Assembly (NCBI RefSeq): GCF_022701215.1
Contig: NZ_CP089976.1
Location: forward strand, 480,001 to 512,000
Length of the DNA stretch: 32,000 bases
Origin: Moraxella nasovis
GTDB lineage: Bacteria; Pseudomonadota; Gammaproteobacteria; Pseudomonadales; Moraxellaceae
Direction: 5' to 3'
Position numbers and translations under genes: made by a program. Each line of letters opens with the position of its first letter. Within the stretch, counting starts at the first letter, position 1. Under the pieces are notes generated by a model. The model was not told the DNA's origin and searched no databases. It saw only the letters and a program-made list of their open reading frames with translations. Shown piece after piece: positions 12,143-20,819 of the stretch.

Positions 12143-13384
12143 ATGAGACGATTTATATTGGGTAATCGTGCTTTTTTGACGAGCCTATTTTTTGTTGTGA
12201 TGATGCAACTGTTGGTTGCTTTTTCTACTTATTGTATCAGCAAACTTGCCCAAAGCGTGGCTCATGGCAGCCTAAACGTGGGCTACTTATTTGGATTTGT
12301 CGGCAGTTTGGTGGGGGTATTTATCCCTGCTTATCTTGGTAGTATTTATTTTGAGCGGGCAACTTTTGACGCTCTACTACGCTACCATGATGATTTTGAA
12401 CGACATTTTCTAGGCAAAGCCTGCCACTATCATGATGGCAACCTTACACAAAATGCCAAAGCCCTATTATCCCAAGAAGCCAAGCTGACCCTTGATGATA
12501 CGCTACTGACCATTTATGATTTGACATCACTTATCTTTAATGTCGGTTTCAATCTATTTGTGATTGCGTGGGTGATTGATGGGCGAATTTTGTGGGGTTA
12601 TGCGGTGGGCTTTGTTTTGGCGTTGGGGGTGGTTTGGCTCTTTAAAAACCGCCTAAGCACAAGTGCCACTGTCGCCCAAAACACTCGCCTGTCGGTGCTG
12701 TCCGCCCTATCCTATGCGTGGGATAATATCATCATATTCAACACCTACAATCACACTCGCCACCGCCACAAAGTCAATGACAGCCTAGCTGCCGCCAAAC
12801 GTGCGGTCGTGCGTGCCAAGCTGATTCATCATGTCAGTGCCAATCTTGGTATGCTATCTTTGATGTCGTCTGCACTGGGCGTTACGGCGTGGCTGTTTTG
12901 GCAACACCACCACAATATCGCCATGCTTGCTGTATTGGTCGCCACCTTGCCACGTCAAATTCAAATGCTACAAATGTGCGAAGCCATCATCGCTTATCAG
13001 GCTAATCTGATGGCACTATCGGCAAGGGTTGATGGGCTGTTGGGTATTTTTAAGACACCCAAAATCTCGCTTGCTAATTTCATACAAAGCGATAAAATTT
13101 TGGTCAAGCAGACAGGGCGAGTATTTGATTTGACAAAACTTTTGGACAATCCGCCACGCACAGGGCGTATTACGCTCGTTGGCGATAATGGCGTGGGCAA
13201 GTCCTGTGTGCTTTTGACCATCAAAGAGCGGTTGTATGCCAAGTCCTATTACCTGCCTGCCAAGCACGAGCTGTGTTTTGATAATAATTTTGGCTCAACA
13301 GGGCAACGACTCATGAGTGAGATTGACGAGCTGACACATGATGATACGCCATACTTTTGCTTGATGAATGGGACGCTAATCTAG
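12143..13384 (+). CDS. ABC exporter-like membrane protein with a miniature, possibly frameshifted ATPase domain
   Basis: The likely start is the ATG at 12143 (MRRFILGN), preceded by AGGA. The track ORF starts at a GTG at 12029. About six hydrophobic helices are followed by Walker A (GDNGVGKS) and a signature-like GSTGQR. The Walker B motif (ILLLDEWDANLD) is only readable in the -1 frame from 13351, and that frame ends at 13437. Confidence 0.6.
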   Translation: MRRFILGNRAFLTSLFFVVMMQLLVAFSTYCISKLAQSVAHGSLNVGYLFGFVGSLVGVFIPAYLGSIYFERATFDALLRYHDDFERHFLGKACHYHDGNLTQNAKALLSQEAKLTLDDTLLTIYDLTSLIFNVGFNLFVIAWVIDGRILWGYAVGFVLALGVVWLFKNRLSTSATVAQNTRLSVLSALSYAWDNIIIFNTYNHTRHRHKVNDSLAAAKRAVVRAKLIHHVSANLGMLSLMSSALGVTAWLFWQHHHNIAMLAVLVATLPRQIQMLQMCEAIIAYQANLMALSARVDGLLGIFKTPKISLANFIQSDKILVKQTGRVFDLTKLLDNPPRTGRITLVGDNGVGKSCVLLTIKERLYAKSYYLPAKHELCFDNNFGSTGQRLMSEIDELTHDDTPYFCLMNGTLI

Positions 13385-13484
13385 ACACTCAAAATACCGC
13401 CCGAATAGACGATAAAATTGATACGATAAGTCTTTGACAATCTAAAATGATGGCAAATGTCGGTCAAATAACAGTCAAATGCGG

Positions 13485-13530
13485 TTACCATTTGATTAAG
13501 TTTATCCCATCAAACTTAACCAAATGGCAA
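13485..13530. repeat. imperfect inverted repeat in a convergent intergenic region
   Basis: The arms ttaccatttgattaagttt (13485-13503) and aaacttaaccaaatggcaa (13512-13530) match at 17 of 19 positions, with an 8-nt loop. No U-run follows on either strand. Confidence 0.5.
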
Positions 13531-13706
13531 CCAGAACTTCTAGCTGGCAAATATTTGACTTAGCCAAATTTTTTGTTAAATTTTAAAGCCGTCTGTCTGC
13601 CCCCAAAACCACCCACCACAATCTATCCACCACAATCTACCCATCAAAATTTATCCAATCAAGCCAAATGACTTGAACGTATCGGTTGCTTATCTTGTAA
13701 GGGCAA

Positions 13707-14567
13707 TCATGAAGTGGTACTTGGTGTGGGTTTTGTTGACTGGTATTTTTGTTTTGATTTGGCGAACAAAACCGCCAACACGAACGCTGCCGCTTGCAAT
13801 AGCACAATGGTCGCCCCTGTCGCTGAATCTAAATGATAACTTAAAATCACGCCCATAAAACTTGTTAAACACGAACTTAACACCGCCACAACCAACATGG
13901 TATGAAACCGCCGACACAGCACAAATGCCGTAATGCCAGGCGAGATGAGCATTGCCACCACCAAAATCACGCCAACGGCTTGCATGGCAACAACAATGGT
14001 CGCCGACAACAGCACAAGCAGTCCATAATGCAAAAACTTTGGCGACAGCCCTGCCACTCGGGTGTGGCTGACATCAAAACAATAAAGTAGCAGGTCTGAT
14101 TTTTTGAGCATCATCGCCACAAACACCACCGCACAAATGGCAAGCGTCTGATACAGCATATCTTGTCCGATACCCAAAAGATTGCCAAATAAAATGTGCT
14201 TTAAGTGCTGGTCGGTATCAATCTTGGTGAACATAATCAGTCCGAGTGCAAACATACCTGCAAAGACAATGCCCATGAGCGTGTCTTCTTTGATGCGAGT
14301 GTTGCTTTTTAGATAGCCCACCGACACCGCACAAAACAGCCCTGCCACGAACGCCCCGAGCGATATGGGTAGACCTGCCCACACCGCCACGACCACCCCC
14401 GGGAACACCGCATGGCTTATCGCATCGCCCATCAACGACCAGCCTTTTAGCACCACAAAACACGACAGCACCGCACACACCACACCCACTGCCATCGCCG
14501 AAATCAAGGCGTGTTGCATGAAAGTGTGGGATAGGGGTTCGGCTAGGTAGGATAAGAGGTTAGTCAT
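13707..14567 (-). CDS. yfeD: metal (Fe/Mn) ABC importer permease, ABC-3 family, second permease
   Basis: The true start is probably the ATG at 14567 (MTNLLSYLAEPLSHTFMQHAL), with AGGTGG 9 nt upstream. The 50 extra N-terminal codons of the track ORF overlap the neighbouring ORF. The protein has multiple TM helices and the motif KGWSLMGDAISHAVFPGVV shared with its paralog yfeC. Confidence 0.85.
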   Translation of the reverse strand: MTNLLSYLAEPLSHTFMQHALISAMAVGVVCAVLSCFVVLKGWSLMGDAISHAVFPGVVVAVWAGLPISLGAFVAGLFCAVSVGYLKSNTRIKEDTLMGIVFAGMFALGLIMFTKIDTDQHLKHILFGNLLGIGQDMLYQTLAICAVVFVAMMLKKSDLLLYCFDVSHTRVAGLSPKFLHYGLLVLLSATIVVAMQAVGVILVVAMLISPGITAFVLCRRFHTMLVVAVLSSCLTSFMGVILSYHLDSATGATIVLLQAAAFVLAVLFAKSKQKYQSTKPTPSTTS

Positions 14568-14583
14568 CGTTTGTAACCACCTG

Positions 14584-15216
14584 TCAAAAACTGGGTCCGT
14601 CCATATCACATGAACGGTTAGGTGTATGATCTTTTTGTATTTTTTGGGACAAGTCCAAGTTTTTTTCCAATTTAAACTCTTGTATGGCTTCAAATAATGA
14701 TGCAACCACACCTTCATTATTTACGACCAGCATATTATCCAACTCATGGATAATACCACCTGCCGAACCCTCTTTCTTACCTTTTAGTTTTTCCTCAATA
14801 ACAACTTCTAAGTATTGTTTAAAATCCTGATATGAAATTGCAGAATCAAATAACCTTTTTTTATCTACAGAGTAAAACCTATCCTTCAAATTATTATTTA
14901 AAAAATCACAATAATTTGTCATCAATAGAACAAAACTTTGATTGTTATTAGCCCCATAAATTATAAAATGACAAGATGATGATTGGGAACTACTTAAAGT
15001 ATTAATAGAATGTTGAAAATCAGTATACTTCTTCTGTTCACTTTGGATACATGCTAGTTCGGATGTTCGTTTAAACTCTACCAAAAAAAATTTATCGTCT
15101 TCACCAAAAATAACATCGCCCATTTTTTCTAAATTGCCGTCCAAAGGAGTGGCAATAAAGTCAAATTGACGCACAAAAGCATATTCCACTGACTTTTCAA
15201 ACCATTTTATATTCAT
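14584..15216 (-). CDS. hypothetical protein, AT-rich insert in the yfe operon; PD-(D/E)xK-like motif
   Basis: 210-aa ORF with GGAG 9 nt upstream of its ATG. It has no TM segment and no signal peptide. The N-terminal third reads E10...P24-L-D26...FFLVE47-F-K49. G+C spot counts are 20-28% here versus 55% in yfeC. Confidence 0.7.
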   Translation of the reverse strand: MNIKWFEKSVEYAFVRQFDFIATPLDGNLEKMGDVIFGEDDKFFLVEFKRTSELACIQSEQKKYTDFQHSINTLSSSQSSSCHFIIYGANNNQSFVLLMTNYCDFLNNNLKDRFYSVDKKRLFDSAISYQDFKQYLEVVIEEKLKGKKEGSAGGIIHELDNMLVVNNEGVVASLFEAIQEFKLEKNLDLSQKIQKDHTPNRSCDMDGPSF

Positions 15217-15261
15217 AACAATTCTCCACTAAAAAACAAGTATATTTAATCACAAATCATG

Positions 15262-16137
15262 CTATCTTGTTAGTTGATTTTTTGCAAATCTTTGCGTCAT
15301 CACCCCAAACTTCGGCGAAAACAAAAACGCCAATACAAATAAAGCAGTCTGCAAAGCGACAATCACCCCACCTGTCGCACCGTCCAGATAATAGCTCAAA
15401 TACGCCCCAACACCCCCTGTCAGCACCCCAAAGGCAATCGCCATCAGCACCAACGGACGAAAACGGTCGGTCAGCTGAAAAGCGGTCGCCCCCGGGGTAA
15501 TCACCATCGCAATCACCAAAATCGCCCCCACCGTCTGCAAGGCTGCCACCACGCACGCTGACAACAAGCTAAAAAACAGCACCTGATACACCTTGGGCGA
15601 CAACCCTACTGCACGAGCTTGAATTTCATCAAAAAAAACCAACAACAAGTCTTTCCAAAAAATAAGCAAAAAAAGCAAACACACGCCCATGACAATCGCC
15701 ACTTGCACCATGTCGGTGTCGCTAATGCCCAAAATATTGCCAAAAATAATCTCTTGCACATTGACGGCGGTTGGATTGACCGAAATGATAAACAGCCCCA
15801 AAGCAAAAAAGGTGGTAAAAATAAAGCCAATGACCGCATCTTCTTTTAGATTAGTCAATGCCTTAATCCACAAAATAGATAATGCCGCCAAAATCCCTGA
15901 AAAAAACGCCGCCACCGCATAAGGCAAGCCAAAGGCATAAGCAATCGCCACCCCCGGTACGACCGCATGAGATAACGCATCGCCAATGAGCGACCAGCCT
16001 TTTAGCATCAAATACGCCGACAAAAACGCACACACCCCACCCACCAACGCACTGAGTGCCACAGCTTTTAGCATATATTCATAAGCAAAAGGCTCTAATA
16101 ATAGCGTAACTATCTGTGTCATGGCTATCTGTGTCAT
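15262..16137 (-). CDS. yfeC: metal (Fe/Mn) ABC importer permease, ABC-3 family, first permease
   Basis: 291-aa polytopic ORF containing [19 protein letters not shown]. Its ATG at 16137 overlaps the stop of the ATPase gene (ATGA). A duplicated ATG at 16122 is an alternative start. Confidence 0.88.
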   Translation of the reverse strand: MTQIAMTQIVTLLLEPFAYEYMLKAVALSALVGGVCAFLSAYLMLKGWSLIGDALSHAVVPGVAIAYAFGLPYAVAAFFSGILAALSILWIKALTNLKEDAVIGFIFTTFFALGLFIISVNPTAVNVQEIIFGNILGISDTDMVQVAIVMGVCLLFLLIFWKDLLLVFFDEIQARAVGLSPKVYQVLFFSLLSACVVAALQTVGAILVIAMVITPGATAFQLTDRFRPLVLMAIAFGVLTGGVGAYLSYYLDGATGGVIVALQTALFVLAFLFSPKFGVMTQRFAKNQLTR

Positions 16138-17198
16138 GGCGTATCCTTTGATGGCGAGTGGCTGGCTGTGGTGGCTGATTGTGTCTGTGATGGATAAGTA
16201 CTGCCACTTTTTGGGTCAAAAATTTGTACTCCGCCACCGCCTGCTTGACCACAGCCACTGACATCTTTAAAGGCATTGATATTGATTTGTGCCAAACGGC
16301 TGTGTTTTTCTTCGGTGTAGTCATTGCTTTTGGTTGTGCCATCTTGCACGCCATAAAACACCGCAGGCACTTCATCGTCCGCCAAAATCGTTACCGAACG
16401 GCGGTCATCATCATCATGCAAATCCCTACCGCCCAAGCGAATTTGTCTTAGCACACCGCCAAAGACTTTTTCTAGATTGGTCTGGGTAAAAGTGTCAGCC
16501 GTACTGCCTGCCGCCAATACCGTGCGGTTAATCATCACCACTTGGTCGCAAAATTCAGGAATCGTGCCTAAGTTGTGCGTAGAAATCAAAATCAAATGCC
16601 CTTCGCTACGCAAGTCATCAAGCAGTGCCATGATTGCTTTTTCGGTTTTGACATCAACGCCGGTAAACGGCTCATCAAGCAAGATGATTTTGCTTTCTTG
16701 TGCCAACGCCCTTGCCAAAAATACTCGCTTTTTTTGACCACCTGACAGCTCGCTGATTTGACGGTCTTGTAGGTGGCTGATGTCCACACGAGCCATCGCA
16801 TCTGCTACTTTTTGTTTGTCTATGGCTTTGGGTATTCGCAAAAAATTCATGTAGCCATAACGCCCCATCATTACCACATCAAATACCGACACAGGAAACT
16901 GCCAATCCACTTCTTCGCTTTGGGGGACATAGGCAACCAGATTTTGTTTAAGTGCGATATTGATGGGCATATCACATAGGCGGATTTGTCCAGATTGCGG
17001 ACACACAAGCCCCATGATGGATTTAAATAACGTGGATTTGCCAGAGCCATTGACCCCCACCAAGGCACAGGTCGTCCCCCCAGTCAAACAAAAAGTCATG
17101 TCGTACAACGCATGATGACCATTGGCATAGCGGACGTTCACGCCTGCTACGTCTATTTTGGCGATGGGTTTTGTGGTGGCATGTGGTAATTTTTGCAT
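16134..17198 (-). CDS. yfeB: metal ABC importer ATP-binding protein with a C-terminal extension of about 100 aa
   Basis: Walker [11 protein letters not shown]-loop YVPQ, signature LSGGQKKR, Walker [12 protein letters not shown] and H-loop STHNL are all present. The length is 354 aa. Confidence 0.9.
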   Translation of the reverse strand: MQKLPHATTKPIAKIDVAGVNVRYANGHHALYDMTFCLTGGTTCALVGVNGSGKSTLFKSIMGLVCPQSGQIRLCDMPINIALKQNLVAYVPQSEEVDWQFPVSVFDVVMMGRYGYMNFLRIPKAIDKQKVADAMARVDISHLQDRQISELSGGQKKRVFLARALAQESKIILLDEPFTGVDVKTEKAIMALLDDLRSEGHLILISTHNLGTIPEFCDQVVMINRTVLAAGSTADTFTQTNLEKVFGGVLRQIRLGGRDLHDDDDRRSVTILADDEVPAVFYGVQDGTTKSNDYTEEKHSRLAQININAFKDVSGCGQAGGGGVQIFDPKSGSTYPSQTQSATTASHSPSKDTP

Positions 17199-17487
17199 GG
17201 TCGCATCGTTAGTTTGTTAATTTAAAAAACATAAAAACGCCAAGATGAAGATTTTGTGTTTTTTAAATCAATATCTTATTTCACCAATGTCTTGTTTTTC
17301 ATATCTTATTTATAACGAACATCAAATAAGCAAAGACCCTCATGATGATTGAATTATTATAAAGGATTGATGTTTGATGAACAATTTAAAAAACAAAAGA
17401 CTTGGTTATCCTAAAAATATTTAAAAAATTAAGCAGTGTCTTTTTTTAAGATTGATGTATGTTGGCATGACAAAATTTGATAAAAAT

Positions 17488-17519
17488 GACAATCAGCCAT
17501 ACACCGATTGCTGATTGTC
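17488..17519 (-). terminator. intra-operon hairpin/terminator downstream of yfeA
   Basis: Perfect 10-bp arms gacaatcagc / gctgattgtc with a 12-nt loop. On the minus strand it is followed by AUUUUUAUCAAAUUUU. It lies 32 nt after the yfeA stop. Confidence 0.5.
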
Positions 17520-17550
17520 CTAGTACACTTTTAATTACTTTTTCTTGTCA

Positions 17551-18504
17551 TTACTTTTTCTTAGCATCTTCAAATCCCTTGACCACCGTAGAGACGGTAA
17601 CATTGAGCAGGTCAAGATAAGTTGGTACTGCCCCATTTGGCTCAGACAAGCTATCTACATACAAGACACCGCCATAATAAGCCCCACTTTCTTTGGCAAC
17701 TTGACGGGCAGGCTTATCAGAGATGGTGCTTTCGCTAAATAGCACAGGGATTTTGTTGGTACGCACAGTATCAATCAACGCTTTGACCTGCTTGGGTGAG
17801 CCTTGTTGTTCGGCATTGATGGGCCATAAATATGCTTCTTTTAGACCATAATCTTTCGCCAAATAACTAAACGCCCCTTCACTACTGACAAGCCACCGCT
17901 CATTTTGGGGAATTTGTTCTAATTTGGCACGCAAGGGTGCGTCAAGCTCTTTGATTTTTTGGCGATAAGCTTCGGCATTTTTGATATACACGTCTTTATG
18001 CTCAGGGTCATATTTTATCAAAGCATTTTTGATATTCTCTACATAAATCAACGCATTAGATGGCGACATCCACGCGTGCGGATTGGGCATATCTTTATAC
18101 GACCCTTCTTTGATGGGCAGGGGTGTGATGCCTTCTGTAACCACCACAGCAGGCACATTTTTAACACCTTGGTAGAATTTTTCAAACCACCGCTCCAAAT
18201 TTAGTCCATTATACAAAATCAAATCCGCCTGATTGACTTTGGCGATGTCTTGGGGTGTTGGTTCATATTCATGAATCTCAGCACCTGCTTTGGTGATGGA
18301 CTGCACATCGGCAGCATCGCCTGCCACATTTTGGGCGATGTCTTGAATGACGGTAAAGGTCGTCAGTACGGTAAATTTGTGGTCTGCTTGAACGGCAGGC
18401 TCTTGTTTGGCGGTGTCTGCGGTGTGTTCAGTGGGCTGGTTACAGCCTGTCAATGCCAACACAAACGCAAAACACGCCCCTAATGTTTTTAATGATTTCA
18501 TCAT
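17551..18504 (-). CDS. yfeA: metal (Fe/Mn) ABC importer substrate-binding lipoprotein, cluster A-I (YfeA/SitA/PsaA-like)
   Basis: The probable start is MMKSLKTLGACFAFVLALTGC (lipobox LTGC), with GGGAGGG abutting the tandem ATGs at 18504 and 18501. Conserved blocks include EIHEYEPTP, NGLNLERWF, PNPHAWMSP, SSEGAFSYLA, LWPINAEQQGSPKQV and SESTISDKPARQVA. Confidence 0.9.
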   Translation of the reverse strand: MMKSLKTLGACFAFVLALTGCNQPTEHTADTAKQEPAVQADHKFTVLTTFTVIQDIAQNVAGDAADVQSITKAGAEIHEYEPTPQDIAKVNQADLILYNGLNLERWFEKFYQGVKNVPAVVVTEGITPLPIKEGSYKDMPNPHAWMSPSNALIYVENIKNALIKYDPEHKDVYIKNAEAYRQKIKELDAPLRAKLEQIPQNERWLVSSEGAFSYLAKDYGLKEAYLWPINAEQQGSPKQVKALIDTVRTNKIPVLFSESTISDKPARQVAKESGAYYGGVLYVDSLSEPNGAVPTYLDLLNVTVSTVVKGFEDAKKK

Positions 18505-18613
18505 CCCTCCCAACAACCAAATAAAATGAACACTTATGATAAACTGCCCAAAAAATAGCACTATTTATATTTGAACGGCATTTATGAACGACACATATCT
18601 TAGCTGATATTTT

Positions 18614-18632
18614 GATAATGATATTTATTATC
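18614..18632. promoter_or_regulatory. Fur box
   Basis: GATAATGATATTTATTATC matches the 19-bp Fur consensus GATAATGATAATCATTATC at 17 of 19 positions. It overlaps the -10 and spacer of the yfe promoter. Confidence 0.7.
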
Positions 18633-18646
18633 ATTTATAAAGTCAA
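18618..18646 (-). promoter_or_regulatory. sigma70 promoter of the yfe operon
   Basis: The minus strand reads TTGACT-17 nt-TATCAT, about 110 nt upstream of the yfeA start. Confidence 0.55.
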
Positions 18647-18851
18647 GGGGTTTTGCCGATTTTTTGGAAATTGAGATATGTAATGACCAATAAATTTCTG
18701 TATAAACCCTTTAAACTCCGCTTTTATACTTATTTTCTTTTCTTATTTTTTCACCGATACGACTGGCACATATTGGTTATTGTAGCAAACTTTGTTATAA
18801 TAAAAAATTACCCAAATAACTAGCCAATATTTACCAAACTTAGGAAAAATT

Positions 18852-20780
18852 ATGGTCGCAATCACTCTGCCAGATGGTAGTATCAGACACTATGACAACG
18901 CCACTACTGTAATGCAAATCGCCCAAGACATCGGAGCAGGCTTAGCTCGTGCCACCATCGCAGGGCGTGTGAACGGTCGTCTTGTAGACGCTTGCGACCC
19001 CATCACCACCGATGCCAATGTGCAAATCATCACCGCCAAAGATGAAGCTGGCGTAGAAATCATTCGCCACTCTTGTGCCCACCTGCTTGGTCATGCCGTC
19101 AAACAGCTGTATCCTGAGGTCAAGATGGTCATCGGACCTGTGATTGAAGATGGCTTTTATTATGACATTTATAGCGAACGCCCTTTCACGCCTGACGACA
19201 TGGCGGCGATTGAAGCACGCATGAAAGAACTCATCAACCAAGATTATGATGTCATCAAAAAAATGACCCCACGAGATGAAGTCATCAAGACATTTAGCGA
19301 GCGTGGCGAAACCTACAAGCTACGTCTGGTAGAAGATATGCCTGATGAGACACACATGGGACTGTATCATCATCAAGAATATATTGATATGTGTCGTGGT
19401 CCACACGTGCCGAATACTCGCTTTTTGAAAGTCTTTAAATTAACCAAAATGAGCGGTGCGTATTGGCGTGGCGATGCCAAAAACGAGCAATTACAAAGAA
19501 TCTATGGCACAGCGTGGGCAGACAAAAAAGATTTGGCAGCCTACATCAAACGCATAGAAGAAGCTGAGAAACGAGACCACAGAAAGATTGGCAAACAGCT
19601 AGGACTGTTTCATTTGCAAGAACAAGCCCCCGGTATGGTGTTTTGGCACCCCAATGGTTGGACAATTTGGCAAATACTTGAACAGTATATGCGTAAAGTA
19701 CAAAAAGACAACGGCTATCTAGAAATCAAAACCCCACAAATTGTAGACAGAAGCCTGTGGGAAAAATCTGGGCATTGGGAAAACTATGCCGAAAATATGT
19801 TCACCACATCTAGCGAAAACCGTGATTATGCCATCAAACCCATGAACTGCCCTTGCCATGTGCAAGTGTTCAATCAAGGCTTAAAGTCTTATCGTGATTT
19901 ACCGCTACGCCTTGCTGAATTTGGCTCATGCCACCGTAATGAGCCGTCTGGGGCGTTGCATGGCATCATGCGTGTGCGTGGTTTTGTGCAAGATGATGCT
20001 CATATCTTTTGTACCAATGCTCAAATCAGACAAGAAGCTCTTGATTTTATTCAAATGACCTTAAAGGTGTATCAAGATTTTGGTTTTGATCAGGTACTGA
20101 TGAAACTCTCCACTCGCCCTGACAAGCGTGTCGGCTCAGATGAGCTTTGGGATTTAGCCGAAAAAGATATGGCGGACGCATTAGATGCCGCAGGTCTAGA
20201 TTGGGAACTACAAGCAGGCGAAGGGGCGTTTTATGGTCCTAAGATTGAATTTACTCTAAAAGACTGCCTAGGTCGTGAATGGCAATGCGGTACATTGCAA
20301 CTAGATTTTAACCTACCAGAACGCCTAGATGCCGAATTTGTGGGTGAAACTGGCGAGCGTGAGCGTCCTGTCATGCTACACCGTGCGATTTTGGGCAGTT
20401 TTGAGCGGTTTATCGGTATTTTGATTGAGCATTATGCAGGTCTTTTCCCTGCATGGCTTGCACCGACACAAGTTGCCGTCATGAACATCACCGACAAGCA
20501 AGCAGACAACGTAAACGAAGTGGTGAACAAGCTTAGCAGTGCAGGCTACCGTGCAATTGGCGATGTCAGAAACGAAAAAATCGGCTTTAAAATCCGTGAA
20601 CGCACCCTAGAACGCATACCCTTTATGCTAATACTGGGCGATAAAGAAGTAGAAAGTGGCACAGTAAACGTACGTACTCGTGAAGGCGACAATTTAGGCA
20701 GTATGAATCTAGATGATTTTGTGGCAATCCTGGATAAAGCGATTGCGATGAAAGGACGGGTTGAAGCGAAAGCGGAATAA
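18852..20780 (+). CDS. thrS: threonine--tRNA ligase
   Basis: 642-aa ORF. The N-terminus [15 protein letters not shown]...[12 protein letters not shown] parallels E. coli ThrRS. Class II motifs and the zinc site (CPCHVQ, HRNEPSG) are present. Confidence 0.97.
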   Translation: MVAITLPDGSIRHYDNATTVMQIAQDIGAGLARATIAGRVNGRLVDACDPITTDANVQIITAKDEAGVEIIRHSCAHLLGHAVKQLYPEVKMVIGPVIEDGFYYDIYSERPFTPDDMAAIEARMKELINQDYDVIKKMTPRDEVIKTFSERGETYKLRLVEDMPDETHMGLYHHQEYIDMCRGPHVPNTRFLKVFKLTKMSGAYWRGDAKNEQLQRIYGTAWADKKDLAAYIKRIEEAEKRDHRKIGKQLGLFHLQEQAPGMVFWHPNGWTIWQILEQYMRKVQKDNGYLEIKTPQIVDRSLWEKSGHWENYAENMFTTSSENRDYAIKPMNCPCHVQVFNQGLKSYRDLPLRLAEFGSCHRNEPSGALHGIMRVRGFVQDDAHIFCTNAQIRQEALDFIQMTLKVYQDFGFDQVLMKLSTRPDKRVGSDELWDLAEKDMADALDAAGLDWELQAGEGAFYGPKIEFTLKDCLGREWQCGTLQLDFNLPERLDAEFVGETGERERPVMLHRAILGSFERFIGILIEHYAGLFPAWLAPTQVAVMNITDKQADNVNEVVNKLSSAGYRAIGDVRNEKIGFKIRERTLERIPFMLILGDKEVESGTVNVRTREGDNLGSMNLDDFVAILDKAIAMKGRVEAKAE

Positions 20781-20787
20781 ACTAAAA

Positions 20788-20819
20788 CAAAAAAGTCGGC
20801 TTTACGTCCGACTTTTTTG
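20788..20819 (+). terminator. rho-independent terminator after thrS
   Basis: AAAAAAGTCGG-cuuuacgu-CCGACTTTTTT: a stem extended by A/T pairing, followed by a U-run, 8 nt after the stop. Confidence 0.7.

Noticed and set aside
14568-14717. 50-codon N-terminal extension of the yfeD track ORF
   Set aside because: It overlaps the 3' end of the 210-aa ORF in another frame. The ATG at 14567 has a good SD (AGGTGG) and aligns with the start of the paralogous permease.
13902-16451. Numerous ORFs of 61-99 aa antisense to or overlapping yfeB, yfeC and yfeD (for example 14218-14478, 15257-15556, 15606-15839, 16079-16375)
   Set aside because: They lie within well-supported permease and ATPase genes. They are Gly/Arg/Cys- or Pro-rich, as expected from alternative frames of GC-richer coding DNA.
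18505-18561. N-terminal extension of the yfeA track ORF (MLFFGQFIISVHFIWLLGG)
   Set aside because: The lipoprotein signal peptide begins at MMKSLKTL..LTGC. A strong GGGAGGG SD lies within the extension.
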